From an uncultured Pseudomonadota bacterium (lineage in GTDB: Bacteria; Oederibacteriota; Muellerivitia; Muellerivitales; Muellerivitaceae): a DNA stretch of 64,000 nt. The translations under genes were made by a program, and so were the position numbers. Where the stretch lies: NCBI GenBank assembly GCA_963770835.1, contig CAVYRH010000005.1, positions 348,051 to 412,050 of the forward strand. The letters are read 5' to 3'. Below are positions 1 through 8,914 of this stretch, one piece after another (the first letter of the stretch is position 1; each line of letters opens with the position of its first letter). Below the pieces are notes generated by a model, which was not told the origin of the DNA, searched no databases, and worked only from the letters and a program-made list of their open reading frames with translations.

Positions 1-66
1 ATGGTCGAGCGTAAGAAGTACGGGCGTAAGAAGGCTCGCCGCCGCTTCCAGTTCTCGAAGCGTTAA
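1..66 (+). CDS. rpsI: 30S ribosomal protein S9, 3' end (partial)
   Basis: Translates to MVERKKYGRKKARRRFQFSKR*, the conserved S9 C-terminus. Confidence 0.95.
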   Translation: MVERKKYGRKKARRRFQFSKR

Positions 67-86
67 TTTCGAGGACGTTTTTCCCG

Positions 87-121
87 ATCCCGCGCATCTT
101 TCAGGATGCGCGGGATTTTTT
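87..121 (+). terminator. Rho-independent terminator after rpsI
   Basis: ATCCCGCGCATC-tttcag-GATGCGCGGGAT perfect 12-bp stem followed by a T run. Confidence 0.85.
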
Positions 122-137
122 GTTTAAGAACATCGCC

Positions 138-584
138 ATGGACCAAAAAGAACATAAACCCCAAGTGACGCCCAAGATCGCGGTGAATGCCGTAATTTTT
201 AACGGCAAGGATGAGGTTCTTTTGGCCAAGCGCACGGACAACGGCCTTTGGTGCATCCCGGGCGGGCATGTGGATTTGGGGGAGACGCTGGCCCAGGCCT
301 GCTTGAGAGAACTTTACGAGGAAACGGGTTTGAGGGCCGAGGTGGTCCGTCTGGTGGGGATTTACTCGGACACGAAGGGCTCCCTTCATATTGCCCAGGG
401 GGCCGAATGGCACACGGTCCGGGTTTCCTTCCTCTGCAAGGTGACGGGCGGATCCATTCAGCCCAGCGAGGAAACCAGCGAGATCCGCTATTTCGACGTC
501 AAGAAGTTGCCCCCGTTGATCACTGACCACGCAAGGCGTGTCCAGGACGCCTTGGAAAACAAGAGCGAAGCGGTCATCGCATAA
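138..584 (+). CDS. NUDIX hydrolase
   Basis: Nudix box GGHVDLGETLAQACLRELYEETGL; ATG at 138 chosen as start. Confidence 0.9.
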   Translation: MDQKEHKPQVTPKIAVNAVIFNGKDEVLLAKRTDNGLWCIPGGHVDLGETLAQACLRELYEETGLRAEVVRLVGIYSDTKGSLHIAQGAEWHTVRVSFLCKVTGGSIQPSEETSEIRYFDVKKLPPLITDHARRVQDALENKSEAVIA

Positions 585-604
585 AACGCCCAAGGAAGGC
601 CAAC

Positions 605-1336
605 ATGTCAAAGTCCAAATCCAAACCCCGCGTCGAAAGGCGGGCCATCGCCCGGCCCAAGAACGGGTTCTCCTCTCAGAACCCTTACATCGCCAACGAC
701 TTCAAGGAGCAGGATACCTGGCGGATGTTTCGCATCATGTCCGAGTTCGTGGAAGGCTTCGAGGCCCTGCGCAATATCCGTCCCGCCGTGACCATTTTCG
801 GCTCGGCCCGCACGCTCCAAAACGCGGAGGATTTTCAATTGGCCCGCCTGATTGGCTACAGCCTTTCCAAGAAGGGCTTTTCCATCATCACCGGCGGGGG
901 CCCGGGCATCATGGAGGCGGCCAATATGGGGGCCCATGAGGCGGGGGGACGATCGGTGGGCTGCAACATCGAACTGCCTTTCGAGCAAAAGCCCAATCCC
1001 TATATCAACCTGCCGGTGAACTTTCATTATTTCTTCATCCGCAAGGTCATGTTCCTGCGCTACACTTCGGCGGTGGTTGTGATGCCGGGCGGGTTCGGTA
1101 CCATGGATGAGTTGTTCGAGACACTAACCCTGGTACAAACCCACAAGATCGATCCCATGCCCATCATCCTGGTCGATAAAAAGTATTGGCAGGGGGGAAT
1201 TGATTGGATCAAAAACACGATCCTGGGGGACCGCCATTACATCGACAAGGACGACATGAACATCTTCCATGTGGTGGACAAACCTGAGGAAGTTGTCCAA
1301 ATCATCACCAAGTATTACCGCTATAAAAAACTGTAG
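605..1336 (+). CDS. LOG family (TIGR00730) nucleotide phosphoribohydrolase
   Basis: Motifs TIFGSAR, TGGGPGIMEAAN, YFFIRK, PGGFGTMDE. Confidence 0.92.
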   Translation: MSKSKSKPRVERRAIARPKNGFSSQNPYIANDFKEQDTWRMFRIMSEFVEGFEALRNIRPAVTIFGSARTLQNAEDFQLARLIGYSLSKKGFSIITGGGPGIMEAANMGAHEAGGRSVGCNIELPFEQKPNPYINLPVNFHYFFIRKVMFLRYTSAVVVMPGGFGTMDELFETLTLVQTHKIDPMPIILVDKKYWQGGIDWIKNTILGDRHYIDKDDMNIFHVVDKPEEVVQIITKYYRYKKL

Positions 1337-1346
1337 AATCCAGGTT

Positions 1347-3512
1347 ATGCGCCAATCGCTATCCGCCACCCTCCTTTTCCTGGCCTTCCTAGTCGCTGTG
1401 GTTTCTCCAGTCCGGGCTGGCATTTCGTTCATCGACCTTTCCAAGGCCGCCAACATGGGTCCGGCCCAATCCTTCGATGAGGCCGTTCCGGGTGGGGAGG
1501 ACCTCAAGGAGAAGGAAGGTTTTGCCAACATTCCGCAAGGACCTCAGACCTTGCGGGGCATCCCTTTTCTAATGCTGGAAACGGACGCCAACCAGGGCAA
1601 CTCCTTTATTGCCTTGTATGGACGGCGGCACGGCATTTTTCCCCAGGCGGTAGCGATTAACGTCGGGGGCATCAAGGCCAAAAACCTTTATTTCCTCCAT
1701 TCCTGCCGTTGGGGGGGAACGGCCTCCAACATCGCGGTGGCCGAATACGACATTGTTTACGGGGACGGCCAAGTGGACGTCATCCCCCTGAAAGTAGGGG
1801 CGGAGCTGACGAATTTCACGGGTTCAGACGACACCCCCGAGAGTTACCTGGCCTGGTGGCACAAATACAAAAACATCGATATGGGCCTTAATTTGTTCGC
1901 ATGGAAAAACCCCCAGCCGGACGTTCCCATCCAGACCATCCTCTTCAAATCTATGAACAAAGCCCCGGTGCCCATGTTGTTCGCCATCACGGCTTCGGAT
2001 ATGGAAATCCCTATTTCTCCCACCTCGCCGAAACCGGAAAAAACCTTCCAGACCGACACCCGGGGCTGGTTTCCTTTCCAACCTTCGGACGCCTCCCCGG
2101 TGGGCACATCTATCGACATGAGCTTTCTCCTGGACGCGCCCGCCGGAAAGCACGGCGGTGTGACAACGGAGGGCGAGAAACTGGTTTTCGCGGACGGTAC
2201 GGAGGCCCGCTTCTGGGGAACCCAGCTTTTGGGGGACTGGTGGAACCAAACGGACGAACAATTGGCCGGGACCGCCGAACGGCTGGCGGCTTATGGTTGC
2301 AACCTCGTAATGTTCGACACGCTGCCCGATGGAGCCGGGGGACGGTTGCAGGATTTGTTGGCGGCCCTTAAACCCAGGGGAATTTACTTGGACCTGACCA
2401 GCTTGGTGAACCAAGAACTTCCGGACGGACTAGTAGCGGACCCGGCTGTTTTGAAGGATGGGGTGGATTGGACCATGACGGATGATTCTTTCAGCGCGGC
2501 CTCCCACAACCCCTCTGCCACCGGTGAGTTCCAGGACCTTCCCACGGTTTTAATGTCCAATATGCGCAATCCGTTGTTTTTGATCCTGGGCCGCCTGTTT
2601 GGAAGTCCCTATCGGGCTGGATGGAGCGAAGACTGGCCGAACGAATATTTGGGCGAGATCCCCCCCCTGATGGCCGCTTACGGATCCTTCGATGACTGGA
2701 CTGCCTGTGTTGGAATGGGAATGGGTGGGACCCATTGGGGGGGCAGCCTCTCCCCGGCAGTGTCCCTTTACGATACGCCTCAACTTTTGATCCAATGGCC
2801 CGCTGCGGCCCTGGCCTTTTTGAGAAAAGACGTCAAACAAGGGCGATTTTATGACCTGGAAAACGCCAAAGGAATGCTGGGTGACATGATCGGCGCGAAT
2901 CAGGCCCCGGATATGGAAGACCTTCTGAAAGCTCTTGCCCATTGTTCCGGGGTCAACAAAAACGATCCTCGATTTAAGACCGATAGCGCGGGAACTTTAA
3001 AGGCGAAAATCAACCTCAAGCAGAAAAGCTTTGTTTCCGACACGGGCCAGATCAGCTGGCAGGGAAACGTCGGGGTATTCCAAGTTTCCAGCCCGCGCTT
3101 TCAGGCGGCCGTTGGTTTCTTGGGGAACCGGAAACTGGTGAGCCCCGTTTGGCAAGTGGAGACCCCCAATTTCTTTGCGTCCCTATCCCTCGTTTCGCTG
3201 ACCAAGACGAACCTTTGGGCTTCGGACCACATGCTTTTAACCGGGGTTACGCGCATGGAAAACACCGGCCAGGTTTATAACGCGGCCAAGACGAAATTGA
3301 TTTCCCTGGGGAAGGGTCCGATCCTTGTGGAACCTTTGCAGGCCAAGATCACTCTTTTTCGTTATATGGCGGATCCCAAGCTCAGAATCCGTGCGTTGGA
3401 TGCGAACGGTCAAAGCCTCCAAACAAAAGTTCACGTAAAATGGGTAAAAAACAATCTGGTCTTTTCATGGGTTCCGGGAGCCTTTTACTTGGAAATATTT
3501 AATATCAAATAA
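1347..3512 (+). CDS. Secreted carbohydrate-active-like protein: galactose-binding-like N-domain plus shortened GH5-like region
   Basis: Signal peptide; FIDLSKAAN...LRGIPF N-domain; DMSFLLDAPAGKHG...DGTEARFWG...RGIY segment recalls uncharacterised GH5-like proteins but the barrel looks truncated. Confidence 0.55.
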   Translation: MRQSLSATLLFLAFLVAVVSPVRAGISFIDLSKAANMGPAQSFDEAVPGGEDLKEKEGFANIPQGPQTLRGIPFLMLETDANQGNSFIALYGRRHGIFPQAVAINVGGIKAKNLYFLHSCRWGGTASNIAVAEYDIVYGDGQVDVIPLKVGAELTNFTGSDDTPESYLAWWHKYKNIDMGLNLFAWKNPQPDVPIQTILFKSMNKAPVPMLFAITASDMEIPISPTSPKPEKTFQTDTRGWFPFQPSDASPVGTSIDMSFLLDAPAGKHGGVTTEGEKLVFADGTEARFWGTQLLGDWWNQTDEQLAGTAERLAAYGCNLVMFDTLPDGAGGRLQDLLAALKPRGIYLDLTSLVNQELPDGLVADPAVLKDGVDWTMTDDSFSAASHNPSATGEFQDLPTVLMSNMRNPLFLILGRLFGSPYRAGWSEDWPNEYLGEIPPLMAAYGSFDDWTACVGMGMGGTHWGGSLSPAVSLYDTPQLLIQWPAAALAFLRKDVKQGRFYDLENAKGMLGDMIGANQAPDMEDLLKALAHCSGVNKNDPRFKTDSAGTLKAKINLKQKSFVSDTGQISWQGNVGVFQVSSPRFQAAVGFLGNRKLVSPVWQVETPNFFASLSLVSLTKTNLWASDHMLLTGVTRMENTGQVYNAAKTKLISLGKGPILVEPLQAKITLFRYMADPKLRIRALDANGQSLQTKVHVKWVKNNLVFSWVPGAFYLEIFNIK

Positions 3513-3668
3513 AAGTGAATATTGGGTCATGCTATTTATCTGGAAACGCTTGCATGTATATTTTTCATACCAAAATCAAATCGATTTAACATCCCAGTTT
3601 GATTAAGGTATCATCTGTTTACCGTTTTATCTTCAATGGAAAACGCAGCAACCCGTCGAGGCAAAAAG

Positions 3669-4028
3669 ATGAACCAGCCTTTTAATCCCAAACCTGAGCG
3701 GCGCAAGCATCCGAGGGCCAAATTCCAGGAAACTGTCGTAATCCACAATGTCGTGGAATCGAAATCAGGGAACGTTTTTGAGGTTCAAGGCACCCCCCTC
3801 ATGGCAAAGGCCCAGGATGTCAGTGAAGGCGGTATCCGGTTAGAAATCGGAAACACGACGACCCTGAACAGGATCTTCAAACTGAATTTTCAAGTCCAAA
3901 AAGACAAGTCGGTGGACGTTTATTCCAAGCTGGCTTGGGCCAGTGAGGGCATATTAGGCCTTCAATTCATCGTGGCGGACGAGGAAATCCGCCGGATGAT
4001 CCGCGGTTTCGTGGAGAAAAGCAGGTAG
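3669..4028 (+). CDS. PilZ domain protein (c-di-GMP receptor)
   Basis: ERRKHPR (RxxxR) and DVSEGG (DxSxGG) motifs. Confidence 0.88.
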   Translation: MNQPFNPKPERRKHPRAKFQETVVIHNVVESKSGNVFEVQGTPLMAKAQDVSEGGIRLEIGNTTTLNRIFKLNFQVQKDKSVDVYSKLAWASEGILGLQFIVADEEIRRMIRGFVEKSR

Positions 4029-4058
4029 CTTTTAACCTGTGTTTATAAGACAATTCCG

Positions 4059-4092
4059 AATCCCGCTCCCCGCAAGGAGGGCGGAATTTTTT
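4059..4092 (+). terminator. Probable terminator after PilZ gene
   Basis: GC-rich imperfect stem with GCAA tetraloop followed by T run. Confidence 0.6.
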
Positions 4093-4124
4093 ATTTTTAC
4101 TACAAAATTTCTAAAAATTTTATT

Positions 4125-4279
4125 GCTGTCATTGCGAGCCTCGAATTTTGAGGCGAAGCAAACTAAGTTTATGGGCGGTTTTGTCCGTGCTTATGTATTC
4201 TTTGTAACGGCATATTTAAACTGTGGTTGCTTCGTCATAGGCGACCGCCTATTCGGCGGTCATTCCTCGCAATGACAGC
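4125..4279. repeat. Palindromic miniature repeat element (GTCATTGCGAG...CTCGCAATGAC type)
   Basis: Perfect 14-bp terminal inverted repeat GCTGTCATTGCGAG / CTCGCAATGACAGC plus inner pair CGAAGCAA (4154) / TTGCTTCG (4227). Confidence 0.8.
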
Positions 4280-4303
4280 TATTTTTGATTTAATGGATTC
4301 TCA

Positions 4304-6508
4304 ATGAAACGCACCTACCGGGATCTAAACGAAGAACAACGTGAAGCGGTTGTCCACAACGCCGGCCCAGCCCTGATTTTGGCGGGGGCGGGTTCGGGCA
4401 AGACCCGTGTCATCACTTATCGCATCCTCCGCCTTATGGAGGAAATGAAGGTCCCTTCCTTCCGGATCCTGGCGGTCACCTTTACCAACAAGGCGGCCCA
4501 GGAGATGAAGGACCGAGTGGCCAACCTGGCGGGCCACCAGCAGGCGAGGGAAGTTTTCATCGGCACTTTTCACCGCCTTTGCCTCCAAATCCTGAAGCTC
4601 CACGCGGAGAAGCTGGGTTACCAGCCAGGGTTCACCATTTACGACGACTCCGACCAGAAGGCGCTCATCAAGGAATGCCTCTGGGACCTCAAATGGGACG
4701 AGAAGCAAGTCCATCCTTATGCGGTGCATTCCCATATCAGCGCGGCCAAGAATGAGTTGAAGAATCCCAAGGAGTACGAGGAACTGGTGGCGGGTGTTTT
4801 CCAAGAACGGGTGGCCCAGCTTTACCCCCGATACCAGCAGAAGCTTAAAGAAAACAACGCCATGGATTTCGACGACCTGTTGTTCAACGCCGTCCTCCTC
4901 ATGAAACAAAACCCCGATATCCTGGAAGGCTACCGGAAGCGCTTCGAGTACATCCAGGTGGATGAGTACCAGGACATCAACACGGCCCAATACCAGCTCA
5001 TCTCCTCCATCGCCCATCCCCTGAACAACCTCTACGTCGTGGGGGACCCGGACCAGTCCATTTACGGCTGGCGGGGAGCGGATATCCGCAACATCCTGCG
5101 TTTCGAGCACGACTTTCCAGGCGCCCGTATTTTCAAACTCCAGCAGAATTACCGCTCCACGAAGTCCATTATCCAGGCCGCCCAGGCGGTCATCCGCAAC
5201 AACTCCCAGCGCAAGGAAAAGGAACTTTTTTCATTGCGGGAAATGGGGGAGACACCCACCTATTACCAGGCGGAGGACGATAAGGACGAGGCGGAATTCG
5301 TGGTGAAAACCCTATATGAGCGGCTGGCCCAACCGGGCCGGTCCTTCCGGCACGTGGCCATTCTTTACCGCACGAACGCCCAGTCGCGCGTATTGGAAGA
5401 CTCCTGCCGCAGGCACAATATTCCCTACATCATTGTGGGTGGGCTGAAATTCTACGACCGCAAGGAAGTAAAGGACCTGCTGGCTTACCTGCACGTGCTG
5501 GTAAACCCCAAGGATTCGGTGTCCCTGCGCCGCATGATCAATACCCCCATCCGGGGCATCGGCAGCGGCACGGTGGCCAAGCTGGAGGAAAGTGCTAAGG
5601 GGCAGGACCTCACCTTGTTGGAAGCGGCCCGGCAAGCTTCCCAGAACGGCGAATTCCCTAAAAAAGCCACCCAAGCCCTGGCCAACTTCGTGGCCATGAT
5701 GGACAGCCTCATCGCCGAGAGGGATTTGATTGCCCCCTCCGAGTTCGTGAAGCATGTGTTGGAAAGGTCGGGTTACCTGACCGATTTGGCAACGGAAGAC
5801 ACCTTGGAAGCCAAGATGCGGGCCGAGAACCTGAAGGAACTGGTGAATTCCGTGGTGGATTACCAGAAGAGCGCCGAAAAACCGACCCTGGAGGGCTACT
5901 TGGACCAGGTTTCACTCGTTGCCGATATAGACAAGCTGGAGGATAAGAGGAACTGCGTGACCCTCATGACCATGCATAACGCCAAGGGCCTGGAATTCCC
6001 AATCGTTTTCATCACCGGCATGGAGGAGGGGCTGTTTCCGCATAAAAATTCTATGGAAGAGGACAACCAAGTCCAGGAGGAGCGACGCCTCTGTTATGTG
6101 GGAATGACCCGGGCCATGGACATACTCTATCTTACAGGCGCTTCCTCCCGCATGGTCTATGGCACCCTTCAGTGGCGGACTCCCTCCCGGTTTCTTTCTG
6201 AAATCCCGAAGGAAATGATCCAGACGACCGGCAAGGCGGCAAATATTGTTGCTACTGAGGGAGGACTTTACGAGGTCAAGGACGTCAAAAAGAAGGAGTT
6301 CGACGAGCTCAAGGACCCCGAATGGGACGATGAACCGGTGATGGTTCCCTATGGATTGAAAGATACTGTTCGGCACAAGATGTACGGGAAGGGAATAGTA
6401 TTGGGCTTTATCGGATCCGGGGATAGCCTAAAGGTGACGGTTTCTTTCCCCAATCACGGCAAGAAAGACATTTTTGTTAATATGAATAAACTGGAGAAGG
6501 TCGAATAA
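4304..6508 (+). CDS. pcrA: ATP-dependent DNA helicase PcrA/UvrD
   Basis: AGAGSGKT, VDEYQD, VGDPDQSIY, QNYRST, TMHNAKGLEF, EERRLCYVGMTRA; C-terminal Tudor-like domain. Confidence 0.96.
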   Translation: MKRTYRDLNEEQREAVVHNAGPALILAGAGSGKTRVITYRILRLMEEMKVPSFRILAVTFTNKAAQEMKDRVANLAGHQQAREVFIGTFHRLCLQILKLHAEKLGYQPGFTIYDDSDQKALIKECLWDLKWDEKQVHPYAVHSHISAAKNELKNPKEYEELVAGVFQERVAQLYPRYQQKLKENNAMDFDDLLFNAVLLMKQNPDILEGYRKRFEYIQVDEYQDINTAQYQLISSIAHPLNNLYVVGDPDQSIYGWRGADIRNILRFEHDFPGARIFKLQQNYRSTKSIIQAAQAVIRNNSQRKEKELFSLREMGETPTYYQAEDDKDEAEFVVKTLYERLAQPGRSFRHVAILYRTNAQSRVLEDSCRRHNIPYIIVGGLKFYDRKEVKDLLAYLHVLVNPKDSVSLRRMINTPIRGIGSGTVAKLEESAKGQDLTLLEAARQASQNGEFPKKATQALANFVAMMDSLIAERDLIAPSEFVKHVLERSGYLTDLATEDTLEAKMRAENLKELVNSVVDYQKSAEKPTLEGYLDQVSLVADIDKLEDKRNCVTLMTMHNAKGLEFPIVFITGMEEGLFPHKNSMEEDNQVQEERRLCYVGMTRAMDILYLTGASSRMVYGTLQWRTPSRFLSEIPKEMIQTTGKAANIVATEGGLYEVKDVKKKEFDELKDPEWDDEPVMVPYGLKDTVRHKMYGKGIVLGFIGSGDSLKVTVSFPNHGKKDIFVNMNKLEKVE

Positions 6509-6525
6509 TTTCGAGGAGGGTTTGA

Positions 6526-7233
6526 ATGACGAAGCTTATTGAAAACACGGTCCAACTTAAGGTTTCCGACGGTACCGAAATGCAAGCATTCGTGGCCAAG
6601 CCGGAGGGGCCTTCCAAATCCGGAGTCCTGGTGTTCCAGGAAGCTTTCGGCGTAAACGTGCATATCCAGGAAGTGACGCGGCGATTGGCCCGGGAAGGCT
6701 ACTTAGCCGTAGCCCCCGAGCTTTTCCACCGCACCCTGCCGCCGGGCGGCACACTACCCTATCCAACTAACAACGATTGGTCCTACATCATGCCCCATTT
6801 CAACGCCATCACCCGGGAAGGTTCCCTGGCGGATTACCAAGCCGCCTTTGATTGGTTGAAGGGTGAACTGAAGTCCGACAAGATCGGTTGCGTCGGTTTT
6901 TGCTTGGGTGGATACTCCTCCTTCACCGCCAACAGCCGCCTTCCCCTGAGGGCCGCGGTTTCCTTTTACGGCAGCCGCATCATGCAAAGCTTCGACTTGG
7001 CGCCGGAGCAAAAGGCGCCCCTTCTCCTCATCTGGGGTGGTAAAGACCAAAGCTCCACGCCGGAAAAACTGACGGAACTCGCCACAGCCTTAGAGGGAAA
7101 GAACTATGTCCAGGCCGTCTTTTCCGAGGCCGGACACGCCTTTAATTGCGACGACCGGCCGGCTTATCATGCCGCTTCCGCCGCCACGGCCTGGGCCATG
7201 ACTTTGGGGTTCTTCAAGCACCACTTGGCTTAA
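6526..7233 (+). CDS. Dienelactone hydrolase family protein
   Basis: QEAFGVN, GFCLGG nucleophile elbow, AGHAF catalytic His. Confidence 0.92.
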   Translation: MTKLIENTVQLKVSDGTEMQAFVAKPEGPSKSGVLVFQEAFGVNVHIQEVTRRLAREGYLAVAPELFHRTLPPGGTLPYPTNNDWSYIMPHFNAITREGSLADYQAAFDWLKGELKSDKIGCVGFCLGGYSSFTANSRLPLRAAVSFYGSRIMQSFDLAPEQKAPLLLIWGGKDQSSTPEKLTELATALEGKNYVQAVFSEAGHAFNCDDRPAYHAASAATAWAMTLGFFKHHLA

Positions 7234-7387
7234 CAGGATGTAACCCTGAAAAAGGGTTTTGTAGGGGCGGCCCTCTGTGGCCGCCCGGCATAAAACCGTT
7301 GAAAACAAAGGCTGAGCGATCACGATGGATCGCCCCTACAACTGCTAGACCACAAATCGAATCAAGTTTTTCAGAGGTAACAGGATG
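7231..7387. repeat. GTAG-type REP inverted pair (REPIN-like) inside a 10-bp direct repeat
   Basis: GTAGGGGCGGCCCTCTGTGGCCGCCC (7261-7286) and inverted copy GAGCGATCACGATGGATCGCCCCTAC (7314-7339); TAACAGGATG at 7231-7240 and 7378-7387. Confidence 0.8.
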
Positions 7388-7405
7388 CTAAAAAGTTCAA
7401 AAGAT

Positions 7406-8518
7406 TTACGGGTTTAAGAGGTTTAACTGGGCGGTGCCGTCCAGGGACATCTGGACCTGGATGCCGTCCCGGTCCACAAAAGCATCCAGGACCCGGAACG
7501 AATCCACTTGGGTCACGAGACGGCTGTATTCCCCCACCGGGCGGGTCAAGACGGCGTTCATCCGTTCCCTCAATTGGTTCAGTTTCCCGCCGATAGGGAT
7601 GTGGGCCTTCTTACGAAGGGCATTGAGGATGTCGGACTTCAAGATCCAACTGGCTACCTGCATGAGAAGGTCCCCGGTTTTCACGTCGAAATCCAAGTGC
7701 CTCAAGTAAAACATTTCCTCCGCCGCATTGTATTGCGGGACACCCCGGAAATAAATCGTCATTTGGGAAGGGCGTCCCCCGAGGTTGATGAACGGGTAGT
7801 ACTCGATCCGGGTCTCGGCGATCACCTGCCCGGCCGCGCCGTAGAGTCTTACCCCCTTCACCCGCAAGTGGTAACTACCCGTCCCCCGGATGGGATAATT
7901 CACCAGGCCGCTTTTAGGATCGGCAAGGATGCGGTTGGCTTCCGCGAAGCTGATGGAAGTATTTCCGACGGCGTGGAACCCGGTGGAGCCGGGTTTGTAG
8001 GGCCGCAAGGGTGGAAGTACTTTCTTGACCAAGGCGGGTTTTTCCCCGAACGTTAAAATGGGGTAAGCCGTCATTTCAAGGACCATGTTCCAAAACAGGG
8101 GATTATGTTTATCGGTTTGGGCTAGACCGCTGCTCAGGGCTTCGGGCCGGATCAACAGCCAAATATTCTTGTCAATGAAGATGGGTTCCTGCATGGCGTC
8201 CCAAAGCTTGGTGATGCTTTCCAGCCCTGAAACTTCCATCACTGGAGGGGTAAGCCAGTGAAAGTCCCCGGGCTTTTGAACAGCGCTTCCTATTTTGTGG
8301 ATCTCATGATCCACCCATAGGGTCAAATCCTTGGGGATTGAGCTTATTTTCGGCAACTTCACCGGAAGGCGGATGATGGCGGGCGGAGGAGGGCTAAAGG
8401 TGCGGGCTGCCGAGTCTGAAGGGGAGATGTAAAGGGACGATGCGGTGGTGGCACAACCCGAGAGTGCCAGTTCCAAGGCTGACAAAAGGGCGAAAAGAGA
8501 AAATCGTTGCGATAGCAT
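7406..8518 (-). CDS. Lipoprotein, DUF4403-like
   Basis: Lipobox LSGC; LWDAMQEPI..IWLLIRP and IYFRGVPQY..LDFDVKT segments resemble DUF4403. Confidence 0.65.
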   Translation of the reverse strand: MLSQRFSLFALLSALELALSGCATTASSLYISPSDSAARTFSPPPPAIIRLPVKLPKISSIPKDLTLWVDHEIHKIGSAVQKPGDFHWLTPPVMEVSGLESITKLWDAMQEPIFIDKNIWLLIRPEALSSGLAQTDKHNPLFWNMVLEMTAYPILTFGEKPALVKKVLPPLRPYKPGSTGFHAVGNTSISFAEANRILADPKSGLVNYPIRGTGSYHLRVKGVRLYGAAGQVIAETRIEYYPFINLGGRPSQMTIYFRGVPQYNAAEEMFYLRHLDFDVKTGDLLMQVASWILKSDILNALRKKAHIPIGGKLNQLRERMNAVLTRPVGEYSRLVTQVDSFRVLDAFVDRDGIQVQMSLDGTAQLNLLNP

Positions 8519-8623
8519 GCCTTTAATATAAAACAGCCCGGGTCCGGTATTGGCCGAAAATATTGAGCTTTTGGGGTTCTTCTGGCAAGATAAGCGGCCC
8601 CAACTAATTAGGAGAAATGAACA

Positions 8624-8908
8624 ATGGCCCTATCCGAAAAAGACGTCCAATACGTCGCCAAGCTGGCCCGCCTGGAAGTCACCGACCAGGAAGTGGCCAA
8701 ATACACCCAACAATTGGCGAATATCCTCGAGTATGTCGAGCAGTTGAACAAGCTCGACACTTCCAACGTGGAGCCCTTGACCCACCCCCTGGACGTGAAG
8801 AACGTCTTCCGCCCGGATGAGCTGGTGCCGTCGCTGACCCAGGCGGAAGTGCTGTCCAATGGGCCTGAGGTCCAGTCGGGTCATTTTAAAGTTCCCAAGA
8901 TCATGTGA
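8624..8908 (+). CDS. gatC: Asp/Glu-tRNA amidotransferase subunit C
   Basis: VQYVAKLARL...FKVPKIM; upstream of gatA. Confidence 0.96.
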   Translation: MALSEKDVQYVAKLARLEVTDQEVAKYTQQLANILEYVEQLNKLDTSNVEPLTHPLDVKNVFRPDELVPSLTQAEVLSNGPEVQSGHFKVPKIM

Positions 8909-8914
8909 TTTGAA

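Noticed and set aside
3513..3668. Possible c-di-GMP riboswitch upstream of the PilZ gene
   Set aside because: No recognisable c-di-GMP-I/II consensus or supporting stems.
4039..4275. 78-aa ORF upstream of pcrA
   Set aside because: Runs through a terminator and a palindromic repeat; no RBS or protein features.
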